Shown here one piece after another: positions 21,084-31,702 of a stretch of DNA of 36,786 nucleotides. The stretch is from Escherichia phage T7: the sequence record MZ375274.1. One strand, written 5' to 3'. A program made the translations under genes and the position numbers. The stretch's first letter is position 1; the number at the start of each line of letters is the position of its first letter. Below the pieces are notes generated by a model. It searched no databases and was not told the DNA's origin. It saw only the letters and a program-made list of their open reading frames with translations.

Positions 21084-21241
21084 TGCTGGGGGTGGCCTCA
21101 ACGGTCGCTGCTAGTCCCGAAGAGGCGAGTGTTACTTCAACAGAAGAAACCTTAACGCCAGCACAGGAGGCCGCACGCACCCGCGCTGCTAACAAAGCCC
21201 GAAAGGAAGCTGAGTTGGCTGCTGCCACCGCTGAGCAATAA
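20046..21241 (+). CDS. 10B: Minor capsid protein 10B, made by -1 ribosomal frameshift near the 3' end of 10A
   Basis: Slippery GGTTTTC at 21065-21071 just before the 10A stop; the -1 frame stays open to TAA at 21239-21241. Confidence 0.65.
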
Positions 21242-21250
21242 CTAGCATAA

Positions 21251-21289
21251 CCCCTTGGGGCCTCTAAACGGGTCTTGAGGGGTTTTTTG
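21251..21289 (+). terminator. T7 RNA polymerase terminator Tphi
   Basis: ccccttggggcctctaaacgggtcttgaggggttttttg stem-loop plus U-run. Confidence 0.92.
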
Positions 21290-21306
21290 CTGAAAGGAGG
21301 AACTAT

Positions 21307-21897
21307 ATGCGCTCATACGATATGAACGTTGAGACTGCCGCTGAGTTATCAGCTGTGAACGACATTCTGGCGTCTATCGGTGAACCTCCGGTATCAACGC
21401 TGGAAGGTGACGCTAACGCAGATGCAGCGAACGCTCGGCGTATTCTCAACAAGATTAACCGACAGATTCAATCTCGTGGATGGACGTTCAACATTGAGGA
21501 AGGCATAACGCTACTACCTGATGTTTACTCCAACCTGATTGTATACAGTGACGACTATTTATCCCTAATGTCTACTTCCGGTCAATCCATCTACGTTAAC
21601 CGAGGTGGCTATGTGTATGACCGAACGAGTCAATCAGACCGCTTTGACTCTGGTATTACTGTGAACATTATTCGTCTCCGCGACTACGATGAGATGCCTG
21701 AGTGCTTCCGTTACTGGATTGTCACCAAGGCTTCCCGTCAGTTCAACAACCGATTCTTTGGGGAACCGGAAGTAGAGGGTGTACTCCAAGAAGAGGAAGA
21801 TGAGGCTAGACGTCTCTGCATGGAGTATGAGATGGACTACGGTGGGTACAATATGCTGGATGGAGATGCGTTCACTTCTGGTCTACTGACTCGCTAA
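21307..21897 (+). CDS. 11: Tail tubular protein A (gp11)
   Basis: 196-aa [31 protein letters not shown]... Confidence 0.93.
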   Translation: MRSYDMNVETAAELSAVNDILASIGEPPVSTLEGDANADAANARRILNKINRQIQSRGWTFNIEEGITLLPDVYSNLIVYSDDYLSLMSTSGQSIYVNRGGYVYDRTSQSDRFDSGITVNIIRLRDYDEMPECFRYWIVTKASRQFNNRFFGEPEVEGVLQEEEDEARRLCMEYEMDYGGYNMLDGDAFTSGLLTR

Positions 21898-21920
21898 CAT
21901 TAATAAATAAGGAGGCTCTA

Positions 21921-24305
21921 ATGGCACTCATTAGCCAATCAATCAAGAACTTGAAGGGTGGTATCAGCCAACAGCCTGACATCCTTCGTTATCCAGACCA
22001 AGGGTCACGCCAAGTTAACGGTTGGTCTTCGGAGACCGAGGGCCTCCAAAAGCGTCCACCTCTTGTTTTCTTAAATACACTTGGAGACAACGGTGCGTTA
22101 GGTCAAGCTCCGTACATCCACCTGATTAACCGAGATGAGCACGAACAGTATTACGCTGTGTTCACTGGTAGCGGAATCCGAGTGTTCGACCTTTCTGGTA
22201 ACGAGAAGCAAGTTAGGTATCCTAACGGTTCCAACTACATCAAGACCGCTAATCCACGTAACGACCTGCGAATGGTTACTGTAGCAGACTATACGTTCAT
22301 CGTTAACCGTAACGTTGTTGCACAGAAGAACACAAAGTCTGTCAACTTACCGAATTACAACCCTAATCAAGACGGATTGATTAACGTTCGTGGTGGTCAG
22401 TATGGTAGGGAACTAATTGTACACATTAACGGTAAAGACGTTGCGAAGTATAAGATACCAGATGGTAGTCAACCTGAACACGTAAACAATACGGATGCCC
22501 AATGGTTAGCTGAAGAGTTAGCCAAGCAGATGCGCACTAACTTGTCTGATTGGACTGTAAATGTAGGGCAAGGGTTCATCCATGTGACCGCACCTAGTGG
22601 TCAACAGATTGACTCCTTCACGACTAAAGATGGCTACGCAGACCAGTTGATTAACCCTGTGACCCACTACGCTCAGTCGTTCTCTAAGCTGCCACCTAAT
22701 GCTCCTAACGGCTACATGGTGAAAATCGTAGGGGACGCCTCTAAGTCTGCCGACCAGTATTACGTTCGGTATGACGCTGAGCGGAAAGTTTGGACTGAGA
22801 CTTTAGGTTGGAACACTGAGGACCAAGTTCTATGGGAAACCATGCCACACGCTCTTGTGCGAGCCGCTGACGGTAATTTCGACTTCAAGTGGCTTGAGTG
22901 GTCTCCTAAGTCTTGTGGTGACGTTGACACCAACCCTTGGCCTTCTTTTGTTGGTTCAAGTATTAACGATGTGTTCTTCTTCCGTAACCGCTTAGGATTC
23001 CTTAGTGGGGAGAACATCATATTGAGTCGTACAGCCAAATACTTCAACTTCTACCCTGCGTCCATTGCGAACCTTAGTGATGACGACCCTATAGACGCAG
23101 CTGTGAGTACCAACCGAATAGCAATCCTTAAGTACGCCGTTCCGTTCTCAGAAGAGTTACTCATCTGGTCCGATGAAGCACAATTCGTCCTGACTGCCTC
23201 GGGTACTCTCACATCTAAGTCGGTTGAGTTGAACCTAACGACCCAGTTTGACGTACAGGACCGAGCGAGACCTTTTGGGATTGGGCGTAATGTCTACTTT
23301 GCTAGTCCGAGGTCCAGCTTCACGTCCATCCACAGGTACTACGCTGTGCAGGATGTCAGTTCCGTTAAGAATGCTGAGGACATTACATCACACGTTCCTA
23401 ACTACATCCCTAATGGTGTGTTCAGTATTTGCGGAAGTGGTACGGAAAACTTCTGTTCGGTACTATCTCACGGGGACCCTAGTAAAATCTTCATGTACAA
23501 ATTCCTGTACCTGAACGAAGAGTTAAGGCAACAGTCGTGGTCTCATTGGGACTTTGGGGAAAACGTACAGGTTCTAGCTTGTCAGAGTATCAGCTCAGAT
23601 ATGTATGTGATTCTTCGCAATGAGTTCAATACGTTCCTAGCTAGAATCTCTTTCACTAAGAACGCCATTGACTTACAGGGAGAACCCTATCGTGCCTTTA
23701 TGGACATGAAGATTCGATACACGATTCCTAGTGGAACATACAACGATGACACATTCACTACCTCTATTCATATTCCAACAATTTATGGTGCAAACTTCGG
23801 GAGGGGCAAAATCACTGTATTGGAGCCTGATGGTAAGATAACCGTGTTTGAGCAACCTACGGCTGGGTGGAATAGCGACCCTTGGCTGAGACTCAGCGGT
23901 AACTTGGAGGGACGCATGGTGTACATTGGGTTCAACATTAACTTCGTATATGAGTTCTCTAAGTTCCTCATCAAGCAGACTGCCGACGACGGGTCTACCT
24001 CCACGGAAGACATTGGGCGCTTACAGTTACGCCGAGCGTGGGTTAACTACGAGAACTCTGGTACGTTTGACATTTATGTTGAGAACCAATCGTCTAACTG
24101 GAAGTACACAATGGCTGGTGCCCGATTAGGCTCTAACACTCTGAGGGCTGGGAGACTGAACTTAGGGACCGGACAATATCGATTCCCTGTGGTTGGTAAC
24201 GCCAAGTTCAACACTGTATACATCTTGTCAGATGAGACTACCCCTCTGAACATCATTGGGTGTGGCTGGGAAGGTAACTACTTACGGAGAAGTTCCGGTA
24301 TTTAA
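21921..24305 (+). CDS. 12: Tail tubular protein B (gp12)
   Basis: 794-aa ORF MALISQSIKNLKGGISQQPDILRYPDQGS... Confidence 0.95.
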   Translation: MALISQSIKNLKGGISQQPDILRYPDQGSRQVNGWSSETEGLQKRPPLVFLNTLGDNGALGQAPYIHLINRDEHEQYYAVFTGSGIRVFDLSGNEKQVRYPNGSNYIKTANPRNDLRMVTVADYTFIVNRNVVAQKNTKSVNLPNYNPNQDGLINVRGGQYGRELIVHINGKDVAKYKIPDGSQPEHVNNTDAQWLAEELAKQMRTNLSDWTVNVGQGFIHVTAPSGQQIDSFTTKDGYADQLINPVTHYAQSFSKLPPNAPNGYMVKIVGDASKSADQYYVRYDAERKVWTETLGWNTEDQVLWETMPHALVRAADGNFDFKWLEWSPKSCGDVDTNPWPSFVGSSINDVFFFRNRLGFLSGENIILSRTAKYFNFYPASIANLSDDDPIDAAVSTNRIAILKYAVPFSEELLIWSDEAQFVLTASGTLTSKSVELNLTTQFDVQDRARPFGIGRNVYFASPRSSFTSIHRYYAVQDVSSVKNAEDITSHVPNYIPNGVFSICGSGTENFCSVLSHGDPSKIFMYKFLYLNEELRQQSWSHWDFGENVQVLACQSISSDMYVILRNEFNTFLARISFTKNAIDLQGEPYRAFMDMKIRYTIPSGTYNDDTFTTSIHIPTIYGANFGRGKITVLEPDGKITVFEQPTAGWNSDPWLRLSGNLEGRMVYIGFNINFVYEFSKFLIKQTADDGSTSTEDIGRLQLRRAWVNYENSGTFDIYVENQSSNWKYTMAGARLGSNTLRAGRLNLGTGQYRFPVVGNAKFNTVYILSDETTPLNIIGCGWEGNYLRRSSGI

Positions 24306-24335
24306 TTAAATATTCTCCCTGTGGTGGCTCGAAAT

Positions 24336-24358
24336 TAATACAACTCACTATAGGGAGA
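24336..24358 (+). promoter_or_regulatory. T7 class III promoter phi13 with A instead of G at -11
   Basis: TAATACAACTCACTATAGGGAGA; differs from phi6.5/phi9/phi17/phiOR in this window at one position. Confidence 0.8.
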
Positions 24359-24385
24359 ACAATACGACTACGGGAGGGTTTTCTT

Positions 24386-24802
24386 ATGATGACTATAAGA
24401 CCTACTAAAAGTACAGACTTTGAGGTATTCACTCCGGCTCACCATGACATTCTTGAAGCTAAGGCTGCTGGTATTGAGCCGAGTTTCCCTGATGCTTCCG
24501 AGTGTGTCACGTTGAGCCTCTATGGGTTCCCTCTAGCTATCGGTGGTAACTGCGGGGACCAGTGCTGGTTCGTTACGAGCGACCAAGTGTGGCGACTTAG
24601 TGGAAAGGCTAAGCGAAAGTTCCGTAAGTTAATCATGGAGTATCGCGATAAGATGCTTGAGAAGTATGATACTCTTTGGAATTACGTATGGGTAGGCAAT
24701 ACGTCCCACATTCGTTTCCTCAAGACTATCGGTGCGGTATTCCATGAAGAGTACACACGAGATGGTCAATTTCAGTTATTTACAATCACGAAAGGAGGAT
24801 AA
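24386..24802 (+). CDS. 13: Internal virion protein A (gp13)
   Basis: 138-aa ORF MMTIRPTKSTDFEVFTPAHHDILEAK... Confidence 0.9.
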   Translation: MMTIRPTKSTDFEVFTPAHHDILEAKAAGIEPSFPDASECVTLSLYGFPLAIGGNCGDQCWFVTSDQVWRLSGKAKRKFRKLIMEYRDKMLEKYDTLWNYVWVGNTSHIRFLKTIGAVFHEEYTRDGQFQLFTITKGG

Positions 24803-24806
24803 CCAT

Positions 24807-25397
24807 ATGTGTTGGGCAGCCGCAATACCTATCGCTATATCTGGCGCTCAGGCTATCAGTGGTCAGAACGCTCAGGCCAAAATGATTGCCGCTCAGACCG
24901 CTGCTGGTCGTCGTCAAGCTATGGAAATCATGAGGCAGACGAACATCCAGAATGCTGACCTATCGTTGCAAGCTCGAAGTAAACTTGAGGAAGCGTCCGC
25001 CGAGTTGACCTCACAGAACATGCAGAAGGTCCAAGCTATTGGGTCTATCCGAGCGGCTATCGGAGAGAGTATGCTTGAAGGTTCCTCAATGGACCGCATT
25101 AAGCGAGTCACAGAAGGACAGTTCATTCGGGAAGCCAATATGGTAACTGAGAACTATCGCCGTGACTACCAAGCAATCTTCGCACAGCAACTTGGTGGTA
25201 CTCAAAGTGCTGCAAGTCAGATTGACGAAATCTATAAGAGCGAACAGAAACAGAAGAGTAAGCTACAGATGGTTCTGGACCCACTGGCTATCATGGGGTC
25301 TTCCGCTGCGAGTGCTTACGCATCCGGTGCGTTCGACTCTAAGTCCACAACTAAGGCACCTATTGTTGCCGCTAAAGGAACCAAGACGGGGAGGTAA
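24807..25397 (+). CDS. 14: Internal core protein B (gp14)
   Basis: 196-aa ORF MCWAAAIPIAISGAQAISGQNAQAKMIAAQ... with RBS AGGAGG upstream. Confidence 0.9.
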   Translation: MCWAAAIPIAISGAQAISGQNAQAKMIAAQTAAGRRQAMEIMRQTNIQNADLSLQARSKLEEASAELTSQNMQKVQAIGSIRAAIGESMLEGSSMDRIKRVTEGQFIREANMVTENYRRDYQAIFAQQLGGTQSAASQIDEIYKSEQKQKSKLQMVLDPLAIMGSSAASAYASGAFDSKSTTKAPIVAAKGTKTGR

Positions 25398-25403
25398 TGA
25401 GCT

Positions 25404-27647
25404 ATGAGTAAAATTGAATCTGCCCTTCAAGCGGCACAACCGGGACTCTCTCGGTTACGTGGTGGTGCTGGAGGTATGGGCTATCGTGCAGCAACCACTC
25501 AGGCCGAACAGCCAAGGTCAAGCCTATTGGACACCATTGGTCGGTTCGCTAAGGCTGGTGCCGATATGTATACCGCTAAGGAACAACGAGCACGAGACCT
25601 AGCTGATGAACGCTCTAACGAGATTATCCGTAAGCTGACCCCTGAGCAACGTCGAGAAGCTCTCAACAACGGGACCCTTCTGTATCAGGATGACCCATAC
25701 GCTATGGAAGCACTCCGAGTCAAGACTGGTCGTAACGCTGCGTATCTTGTGGACGATGACGTTATGCAGAAGATAAAAGAGGGTGTCTTCCGTACTCGCG
25801 AAGAGATGGAAGAGTATCGCCATAGTCGCCTTCAAGAGGGCGCTAAGGTATACGCTGAGCAGTTCGGCATCGACCCTGAGGACGTTGATTATCAGCGTGG
25901 TTTCAACGGGGACATTACCGAGCGTAACATCTCGCTGTATGGTGCGCATGATAACTTCTTGAGCCAGCAAGCTCAGAAGGGCGCTATCATGAACAGCCGA
26001 GTGGAACTCAACGGTGTCCTTCAAGACCCTGATATGCTGCGTCGTCCAGACTCTGCTGACTTCTTTGAGAAGTATATCGACAACGGTCTGGTTACTGGCG
26101 CAATCCCATCTGATGCTCAAGCCACACAGCTTATAAGCCAAGCGTTCAGTGACGCTTCTAGCCGTGCTGGTGGTGCTGACTTCCTGATGCGAGTCGGTGA
26201 CAAGAAGGTAACACTTAACGGAGCCACTACGACTTACCGAGAGTTGATTGGTGAGGAACAGTGGAACGCTCTCATGGTCACAGCACAACGTTCTCAGTTT
26301 GAGACTGACGCGAAGCTGAACGAGCAGTATCGCTTGAAGATTAACTCTGCGCTGAACCAAGAGGACCCAAGGACAGCTTGGGAGATGCTTCAAGGTATCA
26401 AGGCTGAACTAGATAAGGTCCAACCTGATGAGCAGATGACACCACAACGTGAGTGGCTAATCTCCGCACAGGAACAAGTTCAGAATCAGATGAACGCATG
26501 GACGAAAGCTCAGGCCAAGGCTCTGGACGATTCCATGAAGTCAATGAACAAACTTGACGTAATCGACAAGCAATTCCAGAAGCGAATCAACGGTGAGTGG
26601 GTCTCAACGGATTTTAAGGATATGCCAGTCAACGAGAACACTGGTGAGTTCAAGCATAGCGATATGGTTAACTACGCCAATAAGAAGCTCGCTGAGATTG
26701 ACAGTATGGACATTCCAGACGGTGCCAAGGATGCTATGAAGTTGAAGTACCTTCAAGCGGACTCTAAGGACGGAGCATTCCGTACAGCCATCGGAACCAT
26801 GGTCACTGACGCTGGTCAAGAGTGGTCTGCCGCTGTGATTAACGGTAAGTTACCAGAACGAACCCCAGCTATGGATGCTCTGCGCAGAATCCGCAATGCT
26901 GACCCTCAGTTGATTGCTGCGCTATACCCAGACCAAGCTGAGCTATTCCTGACGATGGACATGATGGACAAGCAGGGTATTGACCCTCAGGTTATTCTTG
27001 ATGCCGACCGACTGACTGTTAAGCGGTCCAAAGAGCAACGCTTTGAGGATGATAAAGCATTCGAGTCTGCACTGAATGCATCTAAGGCTCCTGAGATTGC
27101 CCGTATGCCAGCGTCACTGCGCGAATCTGCACGTAAGATTTATGACTCCGTTAAGTATCGCTCGGGGAACGAAAGCATGGCTATGGAGCAGATGACCAAG
27201 TTCCTTAAGGAATCTACCTACACGTTCACTGGTGATGATGTTGACGGTGATACCGTTGGTGTGATTCCTAAGAATATGATGCAGGTTAACTCTGACCCGA
27301 AATCATGGGAGCAAGGTCGGGATATTCTGGAGGAAGCACGTAAGGGAATCATTGCGAGCAACCCTTGGATAACCAATAAGCAACTGACCATGTATTCTCA
27401 AGGTGACTCCATTTACCTTATGGACACCACAGGTCAAGTCAGAGTCCGATACGACAAAGAGTTACTCTCGAAGGTCTGGAGTGAGAACCAGAAGAAACTC
27501 GAAGAGAAAGCTCGTGAGAAGGCTCTGGCTGATGTGAACAAGCGAGCACCTATAGTTGCCGCTACGAAGGCCCGTGAAGCTGCTGCTAAACGAGTCCGAG
27601 AGAAACGTAAACAGACTCCTAAGTTCATCTACGGACGTAAGGAGTAA
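25404..27647 (+). CDS. 15: Internal core protein C (gp15)
   Basis: 747-aa ORF MSKIESALQAAQPGLSRLRGGAGGMGYRAATTQ... Confidence 0.95.
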   Translation: MSKIESALQAAQPGLSRLRGGAGGMGYRAATTQAEQPRSSLLDTIGRFAKAGADMYTAKEQRARDLADERSNEIIRKLTPEQRREALNNGTLLYQDDPYAMEALRVKTGRNAAYLVDDDVMQKIKEGVFRTREEMEEYRHSRLQEGAKVYAEQFGIDPEDVDYQRGFNGDITERNISLYGAHDNFLSQQAQKGAIMNSRVELNGVLQDPDMLRRPDSADFFEKYIDNGLVTGAIPSDAQATQLISQAFSDASSRAGGADFLMRVGDKKVTLNGATTTYRELIGEEQWNALMVTAQRSQFETDAKLNEQYRLKINSALNQEDPRTAWEMLQGIKAELDKVQPDEQMTPQREWLISAQEQVQNQMNAWTKAQAKALDDSMKSMNKLDVIDKQFQKRINGEWVSTDFKDMPVNENTGEFKHSDMVNYANKKLAEIDSMDIPDGAKDAMKLKYLQADSKDGAFRTAIGTMVTDAGQEWSAAVINGKLPERTPAMDALRRIRNADPQLIAALYPDQAELFLTMDMMDKQGIDPQVILDADRLTVKRSKEQRFEDDKAFESALNASKAPEIARMPASLRESARKIYDSVKYRSGNESMAMEQMTKFLKESTYTFTGDDVDGDTVGVIPKNMMQVNSDPKSWEQGRDILEEARKGIIASNPWITNKQLTMYSQGDSIYLMDTTGQVRVRYDKELLSKVWSENQKKLEEKAREKALADVNKRAPIVAATKAREAAAKRVREKRKQTPKFIYGRKE

Positions 27648-27673
27648 CTAAAGGCTACATAAGGAGGCCCTAA

Positions 27674-30600
27674 ATGGATAAGTACGATAAGAACGTACCA
27701 AGTGATTATGATGGTCTGTTCCAAAAGGCTGCTGATGCCAACGGGGTCTCTTATGACCTTTTACGTAAAGTCGCTTGGACAGAATCACGATTTGTGCCTA
27801 CAGCAAAATCTAAGACTGGACCATTAGGCATGATGCAATTTACCAAGGCAACCGCTAAGGCCCTCGGTCTGCGAGTTACCGATGGTCCAGACGACGACCG
27901 ACTGAACCCTGAGTTAGCTATTAATGCTGCCGCTAAGCAACTTGCAGGTCTGGTAGGGAAGTTTGATGGCGATGAACTCAAAGCTGCCCTTGCGTACAAC
28001 CAAGGCGAGGGACGCTTGGGTAATCCACAACTTGAGGCGTACTCTAAGGGAGACTTCGCATCAATCTCTGAGGAGGGACGTAACTACATGCGTAACCTTC
28101 TGGATGTTGCTAAGTCACCTATGGCTGGACAGTTGGAAACTTTTGGTGGCATAACCCCAAAGGGTAAAGGCATTCCGGCTGAGGTAGGATTGGCTGGAAT
28201 TGGTCACAAGCAGAAAGTAACACAGGAACTTCCTGAGTCCACAAGTTTTGACGTTAAGGGTATCGAACAGGAGGCTACGGCGAAACCATTAGCCAAGGAC
28301 TTTTGGGAGACCCACGGAGAAACACTTGACGAGTACAACAGTCGTTCAACCTTCTTCGGATTCAAAAATGCTGCCGAAGCTGAACTCTCCAACTCAGTCG
28401 CTGGGATGGCTTTCCGTGCTGGTCGTCTCGATAATGGTTTTGATGTGTTTAAAGACACCATTACGCCGACTCGCTGGAACTCTCACATCTGGACTCCAGA
28501 GGAGTTAGAGAAGATTCGAACAGAGGTTAAGAACCCTGCGTACATCAACGTTGTAACTGGTGGTTCCCCTGAGAACCTCGATGACCTCATTAAATTGGCT
28601 AACGAGAACTTTGAGAATGACTCCCGCGCTGCCGAGGCTGGCCTAGGTGCCAAACTGAGTGCTGGTATTATTGGTGCTGGTGTGGACCCGCTTAGCTATG
28701 TTCCTATGGTCGGTGTCACTGGTAAGGGCTTTAAGTTAATCAATAAGGCTCTTGTAGTTGGTGCCGAAAGTGCTGCTCTGAACGTTGCATCCGAAGGTCT
28801 CCGTACCTCCGTAGCTGGTGGTGACGCAGACTATGCGGGTGCTGCCTTAGGTGGCTTTGTGTTTGGCGCAGGCATGTCTGCAATCAGTGACGCTGTAGCT
28901 GCTGGACTGAAACGCAGTAAACCAGAAGCTGAGTTCGACAATGAGTTCATCGGTCCTATGATGCGATTGGAAGCCCGTGAGACAGCACGAAACGCCAACT
29001 CTGCGGACCTCTCTCGGATGAACACTGAGAACATGAAGTTTGAAGGTGAACATAATGGTGTCCCTTATGAGGACTTACCAACAGAGAGAGGTGCCGTGGT
29101 GTTACATGATGGCTCCGTTCTAAGTGCAAGCAACCCAATCAACCCTAAGACTCTAAAAGAGTTCTCCGAGGTTGACCCTGAGAAGGCTGCGCGAGGAATC
29201 AAACTGGCTGGGTTCACCGAGATTGGCTTGAAGACCTTGGGGTCTGACGATGCTGACATCCGTAGAGTGGCTATCGACCTCGTTCGCTCTCCTACTGGTA
29301 TGCAGTCTGGTGCCTCAGGTAAGTTCGGTGCAACAGCTTCTGACATCCATGAGAGACTTCATGGTACTGACCAGCGTACTTATAATGACTTGTACAAAGC
29401 AATGTCTGACGCTATGAAAGACCCTGAGTTCTCTACTGGCGGCGCTAAGATGTCCCGTGAAGAAACTCGATACACTATCTACCGTAGAGCGGCACTAGCT
29501 ATTGAGCGTCCAGAACTACAGAAGGCACTCACTCCGTCTGAGAGAATCGTTATGGACATCATTAAGCGTCACTTTGACACCAAGCGTGAACTTATGGAAA
29601 ACCCAGCAATATTCGGTAACACAAAGGCTGTGAGTATCTTCCCTGAGAGTCGCCACAAAGGTACTTACGTTCCTCACGTATATGACCGTCATGCCAAGGC
29701 GCTGATGATTCAACGCTACGGTGCCGAAGGTTTGCAGGAAGGGATTGCCCGCTCATGGATGAACAGCTACGTCTCCAGACCTGAGGTCAAGGCCAGAGTC
29801 GATGAGATGCTTAAGGAATTACACGGGGTGAAGGAAGTAACACCAGAGATGGTAGAGAAGTACGCTATGGATAAGGCTTATGGTATCTCCCGCTCAGACC
29901 AGTTCACCAACAGTTCCATAATAGAAGAGAACATTGAGGGCTTAGTAGGTATCGAGAATAACTCATTCCTTGAGGCACGTAACTTGTTTGATTCGGACCT
30001 ATCCATCACTATGCCAGACGGACAGCAATTCTCAGTGAATGACCTAAGGGACTTCGATATGTTCCGCATCATGCCAGCGTATGACCGCTGTGTCAATGGT
30101 GACATCGCCATCATGGGGTCTACTGGTAAAACCACTAAGGAACTTAAGGATGAGATTTTGGCTCTCAAAGCGAAAGCTGAGGGAGACGGTAAGAAGACTG
30201 GCGAGGTACATGCTTTAATGGATACCGTTAAGATTCTTACTGGTCGTGCTAGACGCAATCAGGACACTGTGTGGGAAACCTCACTGCGTGCCATCAATGA
30301 CCTAGGGTTCTTCGCTAAGAACGCCTACATGGGTGCTCAGAACATTACGGAGATTGCTGGGATGATTGTCACTGGTAACGTTCGTGCTCTAGGGCATGGT
30401 ATCCCAATTCTGCGTGATACACTCTACAAGTCTAAACCAGTTTCAGCTAAGGAACTCAAGGAACTCCATGCGTCTCTGTTCGGGAAGGAGGTGGACCAGT
30501 TGATTCGGCCTAAACGTGCTGACATTGTGCAGCGCCTAAGGGAAGCAACTGATACCGGACCTGCCGTGGCGAACATCGTAGGGACCTTGAAGTATTCAAC

Positions 30601-31630
30601 ACAGGAACTGGCTGCTCGCTCTCCGTGGACTAAGCTACTGAACGGAACCACTAACTACCTTCTGGATGCTGCGCGTCAAGGTATGCTTGGGGATGTTATT
30701 AGTGCCACCCTAACAGGTAAGACTACCCGCTGGGAGAAAGAAGGCTTCCTTCGTGGTGCCTCCGTAACTCCTGAGCAGATGGCTGGCATCAAGTCTCTCA
30801 TCAAGGAACATATGGTACGCGGTGAGGACGGGAAGTTTACCGTTAAGGACAAGCAAGCGTTCTCTATGGACCCACGGGCTATGGACTTATGGAGACTGGC
30901 TGACAAGGTAGCTGATGAGGCAATGCTGCGTCCACATAAGGTGTCCTTACAGGATTCCCATGCGTTCGGAGCACTAGGTAAGATGGTTATGCAGTTTAAG
31001 TCTTTCACTATCAAGTCCCTTAACTCTAAGTTCCTGCGAACCTTCTATGATGGATACAAGAACAACCGAGCGATTGACGCTGCGCTGAGCATCATCACCT
31101 CTATGGGTCTCGCTGGTGGTTTCTATGCTATGGCTGCACACGTCAGAGCATACGCTCTGCCTAAGGAGAAACGTAAGGAGTACTTGGAGCGTGCACTGGA
31201 CCCAACCATGATTGCCCACGCTGCGTTATCTCGTAGTTCTCAATTGGGTGTTCCTTTGGCTATGGTTGACCTAGTTGGTGGTGTTTTAGGGTTCGAGTCC
31301 TCCAAGATGGCTCGCTCTACGATTCTACCTAAGGACACCGTGAAGGAACGTGACCCAAACAAACCGTACACCTCTAGAGAGGTAATGGGCGCTATGGGTT
31401 CAAACCTTCTGGAACAGATGCCTTCGGCTGGCTTTGTGGCTAACGTAGGGGCTACCTTAATGAATGCTGCTGGCGTGGTCAACTCACCTAATAAAGCAAC
31501 CGAGCAGGACTTCATGACTGGTCTTATGAACTCCACAAAAGAGTTAGTACCGAACGACCCATTGACTCAACAGCTTGTGTTGAAGATTTATGAGGCGAAC
31601 GGTGTTAACTTGAGGGAGCGTAGGAAATAA
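27674..31630 (+). CDS. 16: Internal core protein D (gp16), N-terminal lytic transglycosylase domain
   Basis: 1318-aa ORF; N-terminus has the SLT-type motif AWTESRFVPTAKSKTGPLGMMQFT. Confidence 0.95.
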   Translation: MDKYDKNVPSDYDGLFQKAADANGVSYDLLRKVAWTESRFVPTAKSKTGPLGMMQFTKATAKALGLRVTDGPDDDRLNPELAINAAAKQLAGLVGKFDGDELKAALAYNQGEGRLGNPQLEAYSKGDFASISEEGRNYMRNLLDVAKSPMAGQLETFGGITPKGKGIPAEVGLAGIGHKQKVTQELPESTSFDVKGIEQEATAKPLAKDFWETHGETLDEYNSRSTFFGFKNAAEAELSNSVAGMAFRAGRLDNGFDVFKDTITPTRWNSHIWTPEELEKIRTEVKNPAYINVVTGGSPENLDDLIKLANENFENDSRAAEAGLGAKLSAGIIGAGVDPLSYVPMVGVTGKGFKLINKALVVGAESAALNVASEGLRTSVAGGDADYAGAALGGFVFGAGMSAISDAVAAGLKRSKPEAEFDNEFIGPMMRLEARETARNANSADLSRMNTENMKFEGEHNGVPYEDLPTERGAVVLHDGSVLSASNPINPKTLKEFSEVDPEKAARGIKLAGFTEIGLKTLGSDDADIRRVAIDLVRSPTGMQSGASGKFGATASDIHERLHGTDQRTYNDLYKAMSDAMKDPEFSTGGAKMSREETRYTIYRRAALAIERPELQKALTPSERIVMDIIKRHFDTKRELMENPAIFGNTKAVSIFPESRHKGTYVPHVYDRHAKALMIQRYGAEGLQEGIARSWMNSYVSRPEVKARVDEMLKELHGVKEVTPEMVEKYAMDKAYGISRSDQFTNSSIIEENIEGLVGIENNSFLEARNLFDSDLSITMPDGQQFSVNDLRDFDMFRIMPAYDRCVNGDIAIMGSTGKTTKELKDEILALKAKAEGDGKKTGEVHALMDTVKILTGRARRNQDTVWETSLRAINDLGFFAKNAYMGAQNITEIAGMIVTGNVRALGHGIPILRDTLYKSKPVSAKELKELHASLFGKEVDQLIRPKRADIVQRLREATDTGPAVANIVGTLKYSTQELAARSPWTKLLNGTTNYLLDAARQGMLGDVISATLTGKTTRWEKEGFLRGASVTPEQMAGIKSLIKEHMVRGEDGKFTVKDKQAFSMDPRAMDLWRLADKVADEAMLRPHKVSLQDSHAFGALGKMVMQFKSFTIKSLNSKFLRTFYDGYKNNRAIDAALSIITSMGLAGGFYAMAAHVRAYALPKEKRKEYLERALDPTMIAHAALSRSSQLGVPLAMVDLVGGVLGFESSKMARSTILPKDTVKERDPNKPYTSREVMGAMGSNLLEQMPSAGFVANVGATLMNAAGVVNSPNKATEQDFMTGLMNSTKELVPNDPLTQQLVLKIYEANGVNLRERRK

Positions 31631-31650
31631 TACGACTCACTATAGGGAGA
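31628..31650 (+). promoter_or_regulatory. T7 class III promoter phi17
   Basis: TAATACGACTCACTATAGGGAGA, exact consensus; overlaps the gene 16 stop. Confidence 0.9.
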
Positions 31651-31702
31651 GGCGAAATAATCTTCTCCCTGTAGTCTCTTAGATTTACTTTAAGGAGGTC
31701 AA

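Noticed and set aside
25599-26393. 264-aa ORF on the minus strand (and many other 60-180-aa minus-strand ORFs in the track)
   Set aside because: All lie antisense to long, well-supported + strand genes; T7-type genomes are transcribed only left to right and no minus-strand promoter or RBS pattern is evident.
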